From Ostrea edulis (lineage: Eukaryota): a stretch of 64,000 bases of DNA. Below are positions 61,845-64,000 of this stretch, piece after piece (position 1 is the first letter of the stretch; each line of letters starts with the position of its first letter). The notes beneath the pieces are model-generated. The model ran no database searches and was not told the origin of the DNA. It was given only the letters and a program-made list of their open reading frames with translations. The position numbers were made by a program, and so were the translations under genes. The stretch spans positions 91,388,001 to 91,452,000 of the forward strand of contig NC_079167.1 in assembly GCF_947568905.1 (NCBI RefSeq). The letters are read 5' to 3'.

Positions 61845-63019
61845 ATGGATGTAGGACAAGAAACCACTACTACCAACACCTCCAACATAACCATAGAACC
61901 CATAATCTGGGAATCAACAGCCCCACCAGCCTTACAGTTTGCTTTAGGAGTTGGCGGCAACTTAATTGCCCTGATAGCGCTGGTAACGTCCAGAAAGAGA
62001 CACAAATGGAAACCGTTTTACAGATTGGTCGCTGGTTTGGCTCTTACGGACGGGGGAGGAATCCTTCTGGTCTATCCCACAGTGATGATCAGATATGCTT
62101 CAGACTTCACTTATGAATTTTCGAAACCTCTCTGTCACTACAGTTCGTTTGTATTTACATTTATGTTGATATCTTCAGCAATGATTGTTTGTGCTATGTC
62201 ATTCGATCGTTTCATGGCCATCTTGTATCCTTTCAAATACAATTTTTTTGGGAAGAAACATCGAGCTAACTTAACGCTAGTTGTCATCTGGCTCCTTGGG
62301 ACTTTGATTTCCAGCTTACATTTGATGGGACTTGGTTCCAGTTTTAAATACTACCCAGGTTCCTGGTGTTTCCTGAATTTCATTGGGATTTCGATCTTAG
62401 ACAGAGTGAATTCCTACATCTATTCCCTATTTGGATTGCTTATTCTGTGCACAATATTTTCCTTTAATATACTTGTCATTGTATCCTTGTGCAGAAACTT
62501 GCGAAGAGATAAAATTATTTTAAAGAGTCAAAGAAGGAAAAGCGACATCTTCAACGTGTGTTTATTGTTGGTGATTGTTAGTGTTTTCACAATCTGCTGG
62601 ACTCCACTCATGGTAAACTCTTCTCATTTGTAAATTACTGAATAGGAATGATCTATGTTATTTAGGTGTCAAGTTGTTTATAATAACTTACGTGTCTTTT
62701 TATCGATTTTCAGTTCACAATACTTGGTCATGCTGCCTTGTGGATCAGCGGCAATGGATCTAGAGAGTTGTTGGTGGTACGGTTTGGAATCACTAACTCA
62801 ATCATTGACCCTTGGATTTATATCCTTCTGAGAAAGGAAAATTTCATAGCACTTCAAAAACGATTCAAGGGTCTTCGTGAAAAGATAAATTTTGCAACGG
62901 ACAGTGGAGGTCAGAATGTCACACCTTCGTCTGATTCCCGCGAAAAGAGTTTCGATAACACTCTGTCGTCTGGTAAAACACTCTCTTCAGACGATCTTGT
63001 TGACTTTGGACGGGAATAA
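61845..63019 (+). CDS. PTGER4-like: Prostanoid (EP4-like) GPCR, gene 5; exons 61845-62612 and 62714-63019; 357 aa
   Basis: Near-identical paralog of gene 3. GT at 62613, AG ending 62713; exon 2 protein is identical to gene 3. Confidence 0.92.
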
Positions 63020-64000
63020 AAAATAAATTTATTCACTTTAAAATACTCGCTGTAACACGCTGTTGAGGTTTGGAGGTATTTTCTAACTGTGCGAGAGGAA
63101 GAATGGTTATTTTGAACTTTAATCTGAAAAGTTGAAAACTCTTATTTGGCGCCATGTATATGTACATATAGTGGAGAAGCCATGTCAATGACGAAGTTTA
63201 TAGTTCAGTACTACTACTTGTCCTTGCTTTTTCACCTAGTGAAATACTTGTCATATGTATTCATCTATTCAAATACTCGGATATGATATTTAAATCAAAA
63301 TACTCGTACATTTAAACCCTATTTTATTTTTGACCTGCGATGCTCATATGTAGCACATAACATGGCCAAATCTACCTTTCCGTGTGATGCAAGGCAGTGG
63401 CTGTGATATTTTAATTAAGGAATCAAGGGCTACATGTCCTCCTCGACTTTCTTTTGTAAAATGATAAAGAAATTTTCATCCATCGTAAGCCCGTAGTGAT
63501 ATGTCGTAAAATGTATTCCATGCTCTTTGTACGATCATTTTGCTGAAGACATGCGCTGATCGGACACCAAACGCATGGTTATTGGGAGCCCAAAAGACGA
63601 ACTGTCTCCGTACAATTTTCGTGGGAAACATCTGGAGATTGGACGGAGAACGTTGCATAATTACACGACATTTAAACAATCTCCGCACAACCATCGTACG
63701 GAGCCCGTACGAGAAATGGTGTGCTGATCATATAAATGTAAACATGAAAGCCGTAGCCCTTACGTTCTTACGATGGCCAAATATCGTTCACTTTACTACA
63801 CAGCGGTCGTGGCAAATGTAAATAGGACTTTAGCTTGGAACATTTTTGTGTATATATTTTCATATAAGATGATGTCCATGCGGTAGGATTTGTTTTCTAA
63901 TAGTAACTGTTTAGAATGCACAATATTTAATTGTTAATCGTACGAGAATGTCTATTTTCTTACTTTGATTTTAAAAAATGTCATAAATTTTGTATATTTA

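Larger units (their letters stand above)
49786..64000 (+). repeat. Segmental duplication copy B (contains gene 5; runs off the window end)
   Basis: Begins ACGACGCTCTATCC (= 27187); the window end matches 36835. Confidence 0.9.

Overview
AT-rich, intron-containing invertebrate DNA. The repeat families look bivalve, most like an oyster (inference). The protein-coding content is a tandem, same-strand cluster of five two-exon prostanoid-receptor-like (EP4-type) GPCR genes at 3815-5393, 9292-12433, 34684-35858, 41757-42998 and 61845-63019, each with a phase-0 intron at the end of TM6. Genes 3 and 5 lie in a ~9.7-kb duplication (27187-36835 vs 49786-64000+). Genes 3, 4 and 5 show patchy homogenisation suggestive of gene conversion. 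The rest is a dense nested mobilome: Naiad-type Penelope-like retroelement pieces, Meta/V/Deu-type SINEs, mariner and Tc1 relics, HINE/Pearl elements, TTAA (Kolobok-like) MITEs, CACAGG-ended 8-bp-TSD elements, an L1/Tx1 fragment, an RTE fragment and a Polinton/adintovirus ATPase fragment. The most notable unannotated structures are: (i) a 351-bp tandem unit carrying two intact minimal type-I hammerhead ribozymes with a palindromic helix III (retrozyme-like), plus two micro-insertions sharing its boundary; (ii) a 1.36-kb CAC-ended element with a 5-bp TSD (Transib/RAG-type signature) splitting a SINE; (iii) two oppositely oriented 44-45-bp satellite arrays forming a foldback upstream of gene 2. 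All coordinates and comparisons were made by eye; no searches were run.
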